DNA of 62,984 nt, counting the filler, from Lenisia limosa (taxonomy: Eukaryota; Protista; Breviatea), in the NCBI GenBank assembly GCA_001655205.1. It is 11 parts of 11 records of this genome, joined end to end, with 100 filler letters (N's around TTAATTAATTAA, not from the genome) between each part and the next. Parts side by side here need not be neighbours in the genome. Positions count along the whole stretch, not along the records: positions 14,407 to 45,696 come from LPNZ01002256.1; positions 45,797 to 46,813 come from LPNZ01006244.1; positions 46,914 to 50,909 come from LPNZ01001054.1; 8 more parts are not named here. One strand, written 5' to 3'. Both the position numbers and the translations under genes were made by a program. Each line of letters starts with the position of its first letter. Within the stretch, counting starts at the first letter, position 1. This document shows positions 37,965 through 51,009 of the stretch, piece after piece. The notes below the pieces were generated by a model. The model was not told the origin of the DNA. It did not search any database and saw only the letters and a list, made by a program, of their open reading frames with translations.

Positions 37965-40900
37965 ATGTCTTCGCGACCACCTCGTCGAGGGGGACGTGGA
38001 GGAAGAGGTCGTGGCCGAGGCAGAAGAGACCGAAGTATTGGAGAGAGTATGGGGGGGATCTACATTGATGTATTTGTACAAGTAAGGGTGGGGGTAGGTT
38101 TGAGTATCATGCAGGATGTTATACCTGATTAATCATATAATACGCTTAAACGAAGTGATTTTATAAGATTTGACATTTTTAGGATTAATAAATGCTTCAA
38201 AATCGGAGAAAGAGCCTTCCTCTTCAGCCCTGAGTAAAACGACCTTATTCCTTCGCACGCAGTCAAGTGGACTGTCAAAAGATAAACTTCAAAGTTACTG
38301 CAGAGTACGTCCAATTTTTACACTAATAACCATTTGTGGTTATCAGAACTTCACTTTCTCTTCCAAGAATGATTGAATTTCTTGATAAATATCTTTATTT
38401 TGCCCAGCTTTTGATTTGTGCAAATTGTAATACACTTTATTGTTAAAGTTCGTGGATGGATTAGAGCTTCATTTTTCGTTCAAAGAGACATATGAAATAT
38501 TGATATTTATGGAGGGTTTATTGATGAATCAGTCTTTTGAGGAACCGGAAAGGGGAGCCTCAGTTATGTATCTTTTACACTTCAGACATTCGGACCTCTG
38601 GAAAGATTCAGCTACATCAGTTCAAAGAATATTTGCTTTGTTGGGTTCAAAACCGCTGAACAAGCTGAAAAGGTTTGGTTATTCTCAAGATTATTTTGCA
38701 CTCTACCCCAGTCCCCCCATCTTGAACAAGTGGGAAATTTTCTATCAAATAACAGACTCTATCTGGTTTCTTACTATTGTGTTTTTAGTAGAAATTAAAC
38801 AACAGTAGTATCTTTAAGTATCTCTATTAATGCAACTTAGGCACTTCAAGGCCTAAAAACCAATTTTGGATTATCCGTTCAATACGCAAGTAAGAAAGGT
38901 TTTTTGATTTATAGTTTTTTTGTTGATACAAATATCATCGTATTTGCATTTACCAATAATTGAGAATTTGACATTTGATTTTCTCCAGAGTCCAAAATTG
39001 AAGAACCAGAATCTTCCTCCAGGGGGACACGGGGAGGTGCAAGTCGCGGTGGCAAAGGCCCAAGAGATCCCAACGAATTTGAAACTGTTGGGTTTTATTG
39101 TATTATCTTTTTTTTTTTCATAATAAAAAAATATACTTCTAATCATTCAGCACCTTCGAGAAAAGAGACAAAACCCTCAAGATGGAAGATATTGCAAGAA
39201 CACGGTTTGTAGGAAAATATTAAGAAGGGTATTAGCACATTTTTACCAGCTCCTCTTCATGATATATAGTATATCTTCGCCATGAATATATAATCCTTCA
39301 GCCTGCTCAAATAGTAGATGTTAGTTTTGCTAATGGAATAAATGATTCTTTCAGTCAAGCTTTATTTTTGGTTACCATAAAATATTACTTCAATATTATG
39401 CAGTTTAAAGAACTGAATACGAATTTCCTGTTTGAAAGTGACATCCCTAGAATGTACTTGCAGACAAATCTAAAATGAAGAAGGAGATTGAAACAGAAGC
39501 TATTTTGTCACAGTGGGTTTTAGTTGTTCAATGCTGGAGGATGCTATTGTTAAGCTTTTGAAAATGATACACATGATAGGTTATCATGCACTATGGTAAC
39601 ATAATATTTGATGCGTATTTTAATATATTGATATGTACTCCTACAATCTGATAATAACCAAAATACCGTTGCGTGTATAAAATAATATTGTTTCACTTAG
39701 GTTTAAAAATGGATGTAAAATACCGATATTTGTCGACGACTCAGTCTTTTTGAATAATATGCGAAGCTGGACTTTTTAATTTAAACAATGTGGAATTGAT
39801 AGATTAATATCATATATTCAGATGGGATGAAATGTCGAAGGAAAATCCCAACGAAAGGCTTGAAGAGGCTCTTGCAAACAGACTGAGCATATCCAAAGCT
39901 GGTACATGGGGTTTGATAAAGCTATGCTCGTGCGACAAAACCCCATCATTTTAAGATATCACGTCACTTTTAAATTTGGAGAAATAAATAAGCATGCAAT
40001 TGTTGTTTATTCTGCTTCATATCGAAGTGAAGCTTTCAAAATAAGCAATATCCACAATTTATTCATTGTTCTAGAAACCATTGAGCTCCCTCATGTAGCC
40101 CCTTTTATGGACAACGTCTTCGCTGATGACGGTGATATGGTCTTAGTGCCGCATCTTCCTTGCGCTCATTCGGTATGCTGAGAGGTTGCCCTGGTCAAAT
40201 CGTATAGTTTTCAAGTCTAAAATCACCCATAGAAAGTGCAAAATTCCATTAATTTAGATGATGATTTCACAAAGTGGTGTAAAACAGAGACATTACTATG
40301 AATTCAGCTTCTAGTCTCACATAATCGATTAAACTCCTTTCTTCTACATTTGTCCACCTCACCTCAGAACAATAATTGTATAAAATTACGAAGAAAAATT
40401 AAGCAGAATCCCGCTTTTATACGTGTTTTGAGGCAATATTAAGCTCCAAGTTGCAAAATGATAGTTGAAAAACTTTGAAGGTTAATTTTAGTGAAATAAT
40501 GGACCTACAGTATTTACTGGGACAACAGTTGTCCTCATTTTTTCCTTGATACTAATCGCTAAAATTAATGGTGAAATATTTATAGAAAAAATATAGGATG
40601 AAAAGAAACACTTTTTTGAATATTTTTGGGATTGATTGTTTTAGTCATCTGAAATGGCCAACAAAGTTCTTCCAGGTGCCATTCTTGGAGTGAGTGGGGC
40701 TGTTCAAGGATGATCTCTATGTGAAAACCATTCATGGTGGATTTCACAATGGAGAATTATTTTATTTCCTCAGTATTGGTTGACTCTCCTTGTAATGTTA
40801 CAATCGCTTTGGCGTGAAAAACCCATGAAAGATTTATCAACAAATTCAGTAAACAAAAGTGAAGCCCTGAATATACAAGCTAATCAATATATGTAGGGCG

Positions 40901-43900
40901 AAGAAGACGTTGACAAATACGTCAAAACAAGCGCGGTTCTATTTCAACATGACCAATACAGTGAATTCTACTCCCATGCTAGATTCCTGAGGTTTGGAGT
41001 TTGTTGTATAGCTTTCACTTGATGTTATCATTCATTATTCCTTTTAATCATCATTTTCTTATTCATTCAGGCACCACGTTGGAATAGCTGGATACGACGA
41101 AAAAAGGGTTGGAGCAGTGAACTTCTTGATATATTGTTGATTCAATATTTGACCTTCACTTTTGATTCCAAGAGACTGAAATAATATCGCAACTTATCAA
41201 GGTTTAATCAAGAAATTCACTCATTTTTGGAACCAAAAGTGAAGCGCTATCAAACATACGGTCGATGGCCTTCCACCTCATGTCATGACACCAAGAATTA
41301 CCACCATTACTGTATGTTTAACTTGTTCAGTTTCTCAATGAAGCCAATATCAAGAGACTCACTCGCAGAACATTTTCTGGGCTCATCAATAATGGTACTG
41401 TTCGGTATTTATAATTTATCCAATTGTTTGATCTGTATTGTATTTTTACACACCATAATGACTTTTGAAAAAAGTGCTGTTACATACGATATTTTCCATA
41501 AGCTGAATATAGAATCCCACCAATCAAAATACTAAGCTATTGTGTAATCAGCAAGTTTCTACCCGATCAGGAATTTATGCATGTATTATTCTTTCAAAAG
41601 AACAACTGGCAGAAATGACACAAGTGACAACGCTTTCGTCTTATTATAATAATGAATCGCGTGATTTTCCAGGAACCAAAGTACAACGCAATCGATTGCC
41701 TTATGTCTGCATGTCCTTGGAACCAGATGACTGTTTGCCTTTAAGACGGAAATTGTACCAGAGCAAGGGGCGGACTGTTGACAATATCTTTTTGGTACGC
41801 GAATAAGCTCTGTTTAATGTGATTCTTGGAAACGTACAATACGACATGCGTCAATATTTCTGAATCTAATGCTTGTAGGTTTGCTGAGGAGTACAATAAC
41901 CATTTTAAACAGAACAAGCACAATATTGGGTGAATTAATACTATAATAATGACATTATACCTCTTTTATTTTATAATTTCTCATTTCTATATACCGGTAT
42001 ATATATATACTATAATACAAGGAGTTTTCAAACAATATATTGTATGGAGCTATATATTGGCAATACTGTCAGTAAAACATAAAATTGAGTAGTTATCTCA
42101 TATTTATAATATTTTTACAATATAGAAAAGAGGGGCGAACCTCATGCTCACCAATGATGTCTTTACCAAGTCTGTTATTCCTACAACTGTTGAAGAGATT
42201 ATGATACCAAACGGAAAATCAGAAACCAAAAGTAAGCACTGATGAAATATCAGTCAGCATTAATATATTCTTATCATGTTGAATAAATTTGAATCAATTA
42301 ATATTACCTATTTTGATTAAAGCTGTATACACTATTAATACAATTTGCAATTTGAAATTCTTGCAATTTCAACACTAGATTAAAACGATATTTTGTGACT
42401 GTCCTCTAGTTCAGTTGAGTCTATCGGTTTCAAGCCCACATCATCTAACTCAGCTTCTTGGAAAACACACCAAAACTGTTGTCAACGAAATAGTAAGCTT
42501 ATTGACTCAAAATATATCATTCTGTTTTCCCAATTACCAATCAGGATATTCCTTGTATGAAAAACTGGACGGCAATCCAAACCGAGCTCTTTATGACGGA
42601 AGCGAACCCTACTTTCCTTGGCATTGTGTTGGTGTGGGAATTTCCCAGGACAACTACACATACGTTGGAACAATAAACTGTATCTTATATTAAAATGTTG
42701 TGCTTTAAGTTTCCCAATTAAGCCAACTGAGACGCTTTAATAATTGTTTTCTGATCAGTTTGTTATCATTTTGTTAGACAGCTAAATTTGGACCGACACC
42801 ATCAATATTTGGATGGAAGAGAAATTCTATTTGAAGACAGCACATCAGAATACAGTCAATCAGAATTTTATTCAGAAGAAGATTCGGAAGTAGAAGATTC
42901 GTCAAAACAGGAAGCTTCGTTTATCTACCAGGTAAATCCTCTTGTCTTCATTTGCCATAAAAAGTTTCATTTCTCTAATATATACATGTGCAATATCTAT
43001 TAGTCTCATTAAAGAGTGGCACAAGTGCAATTGTCATAATATGTACCGACATAACAAGTAATTAAAGTGGTTTGTTAGGATTTTCCATGTTCAACAAATA
43101 TCTGAACTAATAGAGGTGCATCGTCAATGGTGATCTGCCGAACCCCACCAACCACCCTGCATTGGAGCACTTACAAGTAAGTTACTACTAGGGCTTCACT
43201 TCGGTTCGAAAAATACTGGTAAAAAAGCGAGAATTTTCGAGGATTTATCGAGAAGTTCAGTCGTTTTTTGAACCGAAGTGAAGCCCTAGTTACTAAAGCT
43301 CTACTTTGGTTTCAAAAAATACTGAATTTCTTGATAAATCTTCGTATATTATCGATGTTTTACCAGTGTTTTTCGAACCGAAGTAAAACCTCGTTTACTA
43401 CAACCATTAATACCTTTCAACAATCTTGTGAATGTGCTAATCAGGCAGCAGTATTTAATTCTTTTGCTGAGATTATTCTCATTTGATTTGAATACTAGTG
43501 TATATCCGTATTCATATTACAGGCGGTTACAGAAGGTGCCATTGACCAATACTCAAGAAATTCATTGATGGATGAATCACAGGTTGGTACAAGACATCAC
43601 TATATCGGTGGCATCACTACCTTCTAAGGAAAGGCAGCAAAATGTGACAATGTTCCATTGTCATTTTATGAAAGCAATGACATTATTTTTCAGAAACAAG
43701 CCTTCAAATTAGCCCTAACGAGTCCCATTTCTCTCATTCAAGGCTCTCCAGGATCAGGTAAATAATCACAGTAAATTGCATTTTTGCTTCTTATTCTATT
43801 TATTTAAAACTACAAAAGAATCAATACTGAAGAAACAATATTTATTGTCTGCTACACATCATCATCCTTTTGTGACAATAAATTTATACTTATCATCATA

Positions 43901-45470
43901 ATTATTCAACATCATCTTTATGAATTCAGGTAAGACTTGGGTCGCTCGACATATCGTTGATTTTCTTCTTAAAACTGTTCCTAAGACACGTTTTGCTGTT
44001 ATCACATACAAGGTAAGATGATATGATAATAGTAATAAATACAATTACCTATTTGAGAGATAATATATGCGACAATCATGGTTTAAACCCCTTTATCTTT
44101 TTAGAATATGTCGCTGGACCATCTTTTGGAAGGTATTGCTGATGGTGAAAGCATCTGTTGGTGGGGTGTTTTATGTGTAGGTTTCACTTCTGACAAAGAA
44201 ATGAAAAAATAATTGATAAATCAGCGATAAACGTAGATGTATTACCTGCCTTTTCTGGACAGAAATGAATGCCTATTGGTTTAAATCTAAATTTCATAAA
44301 GCATTACCCTGTTACTCTTTCGATATCACAGTTCTGGTGTATCGTGATAGACTTGCCATTTATTAATTAACAAACATCAAATTCCTTTTGAAATTTATCT
44401 GAGGTATTTATTCTTTCAGCGGGGTCTGAGATACTTCGGCTTGGTAGCGGATCAAAATCTCGCACCCTCCAAACAAGGCTGGAATACAAAATCCGAACAG
44501 ACAAACCGTATGTTCAATTTCAGAGTCTCTCATAGTTTGTAGAAGACTTCCCAAATGCTTTACCAACAAAATTGAAAATAATCTCAAAGACAAGCTCAAT
44601 CATCTTATCACTTCCAACAAAAATAAAAGCCCTGACTCAAATGAAATTGTAGGTGCACTCATTTAAGGATGATATTAATGTGAATAGTTTTATTTATTAA
44701 ATACCAACTGAAACTGGCTTAAACATAAAAAAATTTATTCCTCATAAACAAGATAATGTGAAAGGCTTAAGTGAGATCGCTTTTAATTGTCCAGCCGGAT
44801 ATTCCTTACTCCGAATTTTTAAACGCATTTCCAAACATGTCCCGATTGAGCAATAGAGTACGTTTGGATGATAAGTTGTTATAAAATGACTGTGTTACCT
44901 CATAATTTTGCAGAGCTATGAAGAGTGGTATCCTCAGGATTTTTATGAGACTGAAGAAATACTTCATCAAACAATGGAAAATCTTGAATTTGAAGAATCT
45001 GAATCCGAAGACGAAGTAGACAATGGCAATGATGGTGTCATCAAGGTTTGCCTGTCATCTATTAAGTTGATAAACATATTTTTGTAATTTTTTAACGTTA
45101 TAGGAACTTAACAAAGAAGAACTCTTAGCACAACTTGAGGTATGGATTATCCTTACCGGTCTGACTACTATTAACTATCGCTGGAATGTTTAATATCATA
45201 ATTTCTGAGATCTTTTTAATCTTTTGTAGAGTTCCGATGATGAAGCCGATTTGAAAGATGACAAAAATCAAGAAGTAAGCTTAATTTGGTTTTGAATAAG
45301 AATAATTGTGCAAGTGCTGTGCTGTAAAAAAGATTATTTTTTTTGAAATCATATATTTGAACGACTTTCAGGCCGCCCCTCAAATTAAAGACGAATTTGA
45401 CACCGAGCATTTGGCAGCTCTTGACGATGCCAATGAGGTACAGCAACAACGAGAGGAGAACTTAACAACG
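37965..45470 (+). CDS. Second ZNFX1-like SF1 helicase with N-terminal RGG box and RRM (3'-truncated by segment end)
   Basis: MSSRPPRRGGRGGRGRGRGRRDRSIGE|TLSKTTLFLRTQSSGLSKDKLQSYCR|TFGPLERFSYISSKNICFVGFKTAEQAEK (RRM). Later KQAFKLALTSPISLIQGSPGSG|KTWVARHIVDFLL...FAVITYK|NMSLDHLLEGIAD|AGSEILRLGSGSK, followed by a long acidic insert. Motif II onward lies beyond the gap at 45698. Confidence 0.8.
43192..43390. mobile_element. MITE family 1, two tandem copies in opposite internal orientation in one intron
   Basis: The first copy is near-perfect, ctaGGGCTTCACTTCGGTTCG...GAACCGAAGTGAAGCCCtag (43192-43287). A second, more decayed copy starts about 10 nt later. Confidence 0.88.
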
Positions 45471-45796
45471 GTAAGAACAGGCAACTATTGAATTAAAAGA
45501 AGCCCTCTTTTTCACAATAATAACCTTTAAAAAGGCATGCCACATTTTCAATTTGAACTATTTGAACTTTAAAAGGTCATGCATGACTAGTTTCACATGT
45601 CGTATTGAACAACTCTTTGATACTCATTGTATTTATTATATAGGTGGGGGGACATGACCGTGTCCAGGGACATGACCGTGTCCACTTTTTAAAAAANNNN
45701 NNNNNNNNNNNNNNNNNNNNNNNNNNNNNNNNNNNNNNNNTTAATTAATTAANNNNNNNNNNNNNNNNNNNNNNNNNNNNNNNNNNNNNNNNNNNN

Positions 45797-46345
45797 ACCC
45801 TCTTACCTCATCGCGGGTAAGGGGGTTTTTTACTTAATGGACTCTCTCGACTTATCGAGGACCCCCCCCTTGACCCTCTTACCTCATCGCGGGTAAGGGG
45901 GTTTTTTGCTTAATGGACTCCCTCGAGTTTTCGAGGATTGCCCCTACTTGACCCTCTTACCTCATCGCGGGTAAGGGGGTTTTTACTTAATGGACTCTCT
46001 CGACTTATCGTGGATTGTCCCTACTTGACCCTCTTACCTCATCGCGGGTAAGGGGGTTTTTTGCTTAATGGACTCCCTCGACTNNNNNNNNNNTTTACTT
46101 AACCCCTTGACCCTCTTACCTCATCGCGGGTAAGGGGGTTTTTTGCTTAATGGACTCCCTCGAGTTTTCGAGGATTGCCCCTACTTGACCCTCTTACCTC
46201 ATCGCGGGTAAGGGGGTTTTTTTTTTACTTAACCCCTTGACCCTCTTACCTCATCGCGGGTAAGGGGGTTTTTTCATTAATAGATTCCCTCGACTTATCG
46301 AGGACCGTTCCCCCTTGACCCTCTTACCTCATTGCCAGTGAGGGT
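45797..46345. repeat. Tandem array of about 8 hairpin-containing units (~50-80 bp)
   Basis: Conserved core TTGACCCTCTTACCTCATCGCGGGTAAGGGGGTTTTT (stem accctcttacc/ggtaagggggt) at ~45797, 45871, 45950, 46027, 46110, 46187, 46238 and 46317 (degenerate), separated by mutually related linkers. Confidence 0.9.
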
Positions 46346-46930
46346 TTTTTTAACTTAGAGATTTTTGCGAATTTGATATTTTTTTTTTCACCATTTTGAC
46401 CATTATTTTTTCTTAGTAGTCATTGCTATCATGTTATCTCGACAATCGGTTGAAGAACCAAATTTAACGGAAGTCAGTAGTTGACAATGGTTTCTTCTAA
46501 TAGGAACCGGTATGACCATATTGCTTCCCGTAAGTGGTACCGATGTAAGGCCACCAACATTGTTGTAATTTTTTTTTTTTTTTTTATTTCCCCCCGATTG
46601 GTTTTGGTTTTTCTCTTGTCAAAATTTCATACCATGTTTTCTCGACAAATCATCTGAAGGTTCAATATTTCGACCTATGCCAGTAATTGACATATATTTC
46701 CTCTAGTTGGAACCGGTATGGTGGTAACGCATCCCTTAACTGGTGCCGCAGCCAAGCCCCCAACATTAAGTCTAAATTTAGGCCCGGTTTTTTTTTTTTT
46801 TTTTGTCACATTCNNNNNNNNNNNNNNNNNNNNNNNNNNNNNNNNNNNNNNNNNNNNTTAATTAATTAANNNNNNNNNNNNNNNNNNNNNNNNNNNNNNN
46901 NNNNNNNNNNNNNTGCTCCTCACAAAACAG

Positions 46931-48770
46931 ATTCCTACGCCAGTGCAGTGACTATTGAGAATATTTCCGAGGCCTTAAACCTGGCCAAGCTCGACAAACG
47001 ACGGCATAAAGCAGCCCAGGTGTGAGGATTTGTTATCTGGTAAAGGAAGAAAAAGGAGACATTGAATCAAGTTGTTTGAGCTCAAGAAATATGCAATATA
47101 ATCCTGGGATACAAAAGAAGAATACCTATAGGAATACGATATCTATCAGAATAATATTCTGTTTTCTCATTACCCCCCAGAAGACAGCTGAAGTGCCGTG
47201 TGAGCCACAGCCAAAACATCCGTCAACCGACAGTCGAAAGTTTGCCTCCATCTTCACGCCTTCGCAGCAGCCGGTTTTGAACGACCGCAGCTCACGCTCC
47301 AAGGACTATCTCAAAAAGGGTAGGAATGTGATATTTTTACTACTTTTGGAGGATTTGTCGATAATTGGAACAAGAGTTGAACATTGCTATTTCGTGTCAA
47401 GCAATGGGATCACATAACGCGCCACTAACTCTCCAGATGACGAACTTTATTGTGAGAGCGGCGATGCAGAGCTGTTCGGAATTCCACAGGTTGGCAAATA
47501 GGTCGATATTGTGTATCCAGAATGTATTGTGGAACCAAATAGTGTCCAACTAAATAGACTAGCCTAATTGCTGTACTGACTACAGTAGGAGCTGCGTCAA
47601 TTCAAAGCCGAAGGCATTAGAAGGGGACCCGGGGGTATTATGTTCAAGGTTGGGGGGGTAATTCCTTGCATTTTTTATCTATTCCCTCGGGTAGTGTAAC
47701 ATTTACGTGATGGTGTAGACATTATTTTTCTCTTATTTGTACACGACTTCGAAATAAAGGGACAGAAACGAAGGTCACTCAGCATTATTAATTTCAGCAT
47801 TATCAATGTGGATATGGGTTAACATTCATCTCCCAAATGGAGGACATTCCAATGACTCATTAGTTTGGGACCTTCACGCCACTCTTCGATAGTAGCGCTG
47901 TAATTGTCCTCGAGATCGACCGCAAGGGCTGCATCCATGCTGATGGCGTGGAGGTGGCTGTTAGCTGCGGGTGGGGGGTGTTGCAAAAATGGAGGGTGGG
48001 TGATGGATTTCTTCAATATTTGGTCTATGTCGTCATCTTCATTACTACAGAATGATCATTGAACGAGATGCGTTTTTGAACTCATTGGTGCCAAAGTCAA
48101 GTTCCCCCAAAGCCCTATGGTGGGTAACTTCTTTTCAAATTAAACAAATTACTATAATCCCCTGTTTTAGAGTATACCTGGAATCATACAGAAAATGGTA
48201 TACTACATCTGAACTTATGGAAGCAAATGATTGTGATAAATAATTTACTACATATTTGGACTGACCAAATCATACCATTATTTCCTGGCTACACACTTCT
48301 GCTATTTACGCGCCTTTCTGTTCTACTTTCCGACTTCTATCTGACTCACAGGAATTGGGCCGTTTTTGAAACTAGTCTTGCCCAGATCAGAGTTCTCTCA
48401 AAGCAGCTCAAGTTGGAAAACATCCCAGAATGCTCTGACGTAAGTCTTTGTTTTATAGAAGTCATATTGAACATGAGATGACCTATTTCACAAGAAATTC
48501 TGACTTACTAAACAAATAGTAATAGAAAGGGATGTACATCTGTGTCGTATACTAACCATGCACTACTGTATGGACGGCTTTGGACTGAATAATTATATAT
48601 GGTCACGTCCACATCACACTTCAAAACCTGTAATAACGTTGACAATAGGCCTTCACACACTGGAGCGGTAAGGACGGAGTGTATCTTTTTGAGATTCGCG
48701 GCCAAAATGAATGGAACGCCTGGGTACTGGCAAGTGACAAGAACGTCTTCGATGACATCATAAATACCGT
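46931..48770 (+). CDS. Hypothetical multi-exon protein (5'-partial; exon chain not fully resolved)
   Basis: GT-AG bounded open exons: DSYASAVTIENISEALNLAKLDKRRHKAAQ|KTAEVPCEPQPKHPSTDSRKF...DYLKK|DDELYCESGDAELFGIPQ|ELRQFKAEGIRRGPG, and further + strand exons to ~48770. Phases do not all join cleanly. Confidence 0.4.
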
Positions 48771-49074
48771 AGGAAGGTATTTTCTATCCATATTATGCTA
48801 TTATGCAAATATCACTGATGGTGTAGACTACAGCTTCTTTTATTTTTATCATTTCTTCATATCCAGTAGTATTTCAAACATGCCCCTCTCCATTTGTTAT
48901 AAATCCAGGCAAAGAAAACTCTTGGAGAAAACTCTCAGAGGTTGGCTTCTGAGAAACCCAATAATACTACTAGTATATAATGGGTGATTTGTTACTCTGA
49001 AAAATATGTACCAGAGAGACTACTTTTATTATTCAGTGATTAAGAAACCATATCAAACTTGGCCATACCCCAAA

Positions 49075-49152
49075 TGAAACTGAAACCCCAGGTTCAGCAA
49101 TGAAACTGACACCCCAAGTTATCAGCAATGAAACTGACACCACAGGTTATCA
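49075..49152. repeat. ~27-bp tandem repeat x3
   Basis: aatgaaactgacaccccaagttatcagc-like units. Confidence 0.7.
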
Positions 49153-49725
49153 GCCCTTTGGCCTCTTCCCGTCAAATCCACTACCAAAAAGAGCAACCTG
49201 ATATTTTACATCCTTGTTGCGTGGCTCATGTTCATCATTATCGAGCTTCTGATCTGGCCCTCTGATTGATTGGTTGGGGTGCTACTGGTGCTATTGCTAC
49301 TGGTGCTACTACTTGATTGCTGGATTCAAATAAACGATATATAAATTCGCGGATGAATGATCGATAAATCACCTTGTTCTACATAATCTAGAATCCTTAT
49401 TAATCTCAGGTACACCACCCTCCCCAGGACTCTCACCCTTGCTGTGAGAGCAACTGACCGAGATTGGGCACAGATTGGCGTTTTTGGAATTGAGGTCGCC
49501 CAGTTCACATCGATTCAAGCATTTTACGATCAGCTACCTGTTGCTATCATTTCTTATTATTGGTTAACCAATTTGTTTTTTTTTTGTTTGTTTCAAAACC
49601 AGAGAAACTGAGATAGATCTCTGTGACTGTGTGACGTCATGTAAATGTGTCTGTTTACGTTTACCTTTTACAAGGCTTGAGTGTTAAAGGGCAATTGGCT
49701 AATGATTTTTGATTATCCCTTCGAA

Positions 49726-50471
49726 ATGCCACGAAAGGTGTGGAAACTAACAAACGAACTCACACTGCAACTGCTCTCTCTGCAACCACCAGGCAACCCA
49801 CCTTGCATATCAGTTGGACATTCCTGCAACTATCCAACTATCCATTGACTATCCAACTGAAACAAAACTCCAATACTGCATGAGAGACCGACGCAGGACA
49901 TATCACATTCACGTAAAAGGGGGGACACAGAAAATCAGATCAAAAGATCTCTTTTTTTTTAAAAAAATCAACCCTGTTGTATCTCGTTCAGTACTATTTT
50001 TAGTCCAGCTAGTTTTTTTATTGGTATAAGCGAGACATAAAGGAGGTATTCATCTGGAAGAGCGGAACTGATATGATATGATCTGAGTCTTTTGTTTTCC
50101 ACCATGGTAGGCTTCTGTTATCACGTTAACAAAACATAGAACGAAGAAGAACAGCCACCAGCTTTCGTTGAAGAAGCGCCAGCCTCACCTCAGCCCTCCA
50201 CTGAATCGAAATGCTGGTTTTGTGGGACTCCTAGTGACGACCTAAGCAAAGATGCCAACCTCTGTGAAGGTAACTACCCTCTCAAACTATCTTTTCTCAC
50301 TTCTTAGAATGCTATTCCAAGTACAAGGTTTGTGCTTCTGTTTGGGTCTTCCAAACACTGATGCGAATATTGTCCTCATTTATCAACCAACCTAATCAAC
50401 CCTCCTGTGGCACATAGAGGGGGTATTTTTATTATCGAAGATAAGGCATGTATTTACTGTGTGTGGTGTTT

Positions 50472-50507
<36 letters not shown>

Positions 50508-50825
50508 ATGTTTGTGTATTTGTGTGTTGGAGGTGGTCTCATATATAGTTTTTTTTTCCCCGTAGATTCAATGTTTATTTTGCTATCCCAGTCTGTTCAT
50601 CTTGGTGCATCTTGTTTGTGTTTGTGCGTGGGGGCATCATAACTTCAGCCCCCATTTCAATAGCTCCATTTCACCCCTTCTTTCAGAGTGTTGTATATCA
50701 TGGTATTGTTTTATGAACCTTCTCTTGTATCATTTAGCCTCCAATGGTCCTCTTTTGTCCTTTTGATCCCTCAGCCTATACCGGAGGAGGTGGAGGAAAC
50801 CGCAGAACCCGAGAGGATACCCACG
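49726..50825 (+). CDS. Hypothetical protein with a CxxC...CxxC zinc-binding motif (3'-partial)
   Basis: MPRK|ATHLAYQLDIPATIQ...YHIH|...NEEEQPPAFVEEAPASPQPSTESKCWFCGTPSDDLSKDANLCE|ECYSKYK|PIPEEVEETAEPERIPT. Confidence 0.5.
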
Positions 50826-51009
50826 GTATGGGGTGATATGGGGAATGAATGTACATGTGTGTGGTGGAGAATGGAATATATCTTGGAACGTGGTGATGGA
50901 AATGCATGTNNNNNNNNNNNNNNNNNNNNNNNNNNNNNNNNNNNNNNNNNNNNTTAATTAATTAANNNNNNNNNNNNNNNNNNNNNNNNNNNNNNNNNNN
51001 NNNNNNNNN

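Noticed and set aside
45797-46345. CRISPR array or bacterial intrinsic terminators
   Set aside because: The spacers are homologous to each other rather than unique, no cas genes are present, and the context is eukaryotic.
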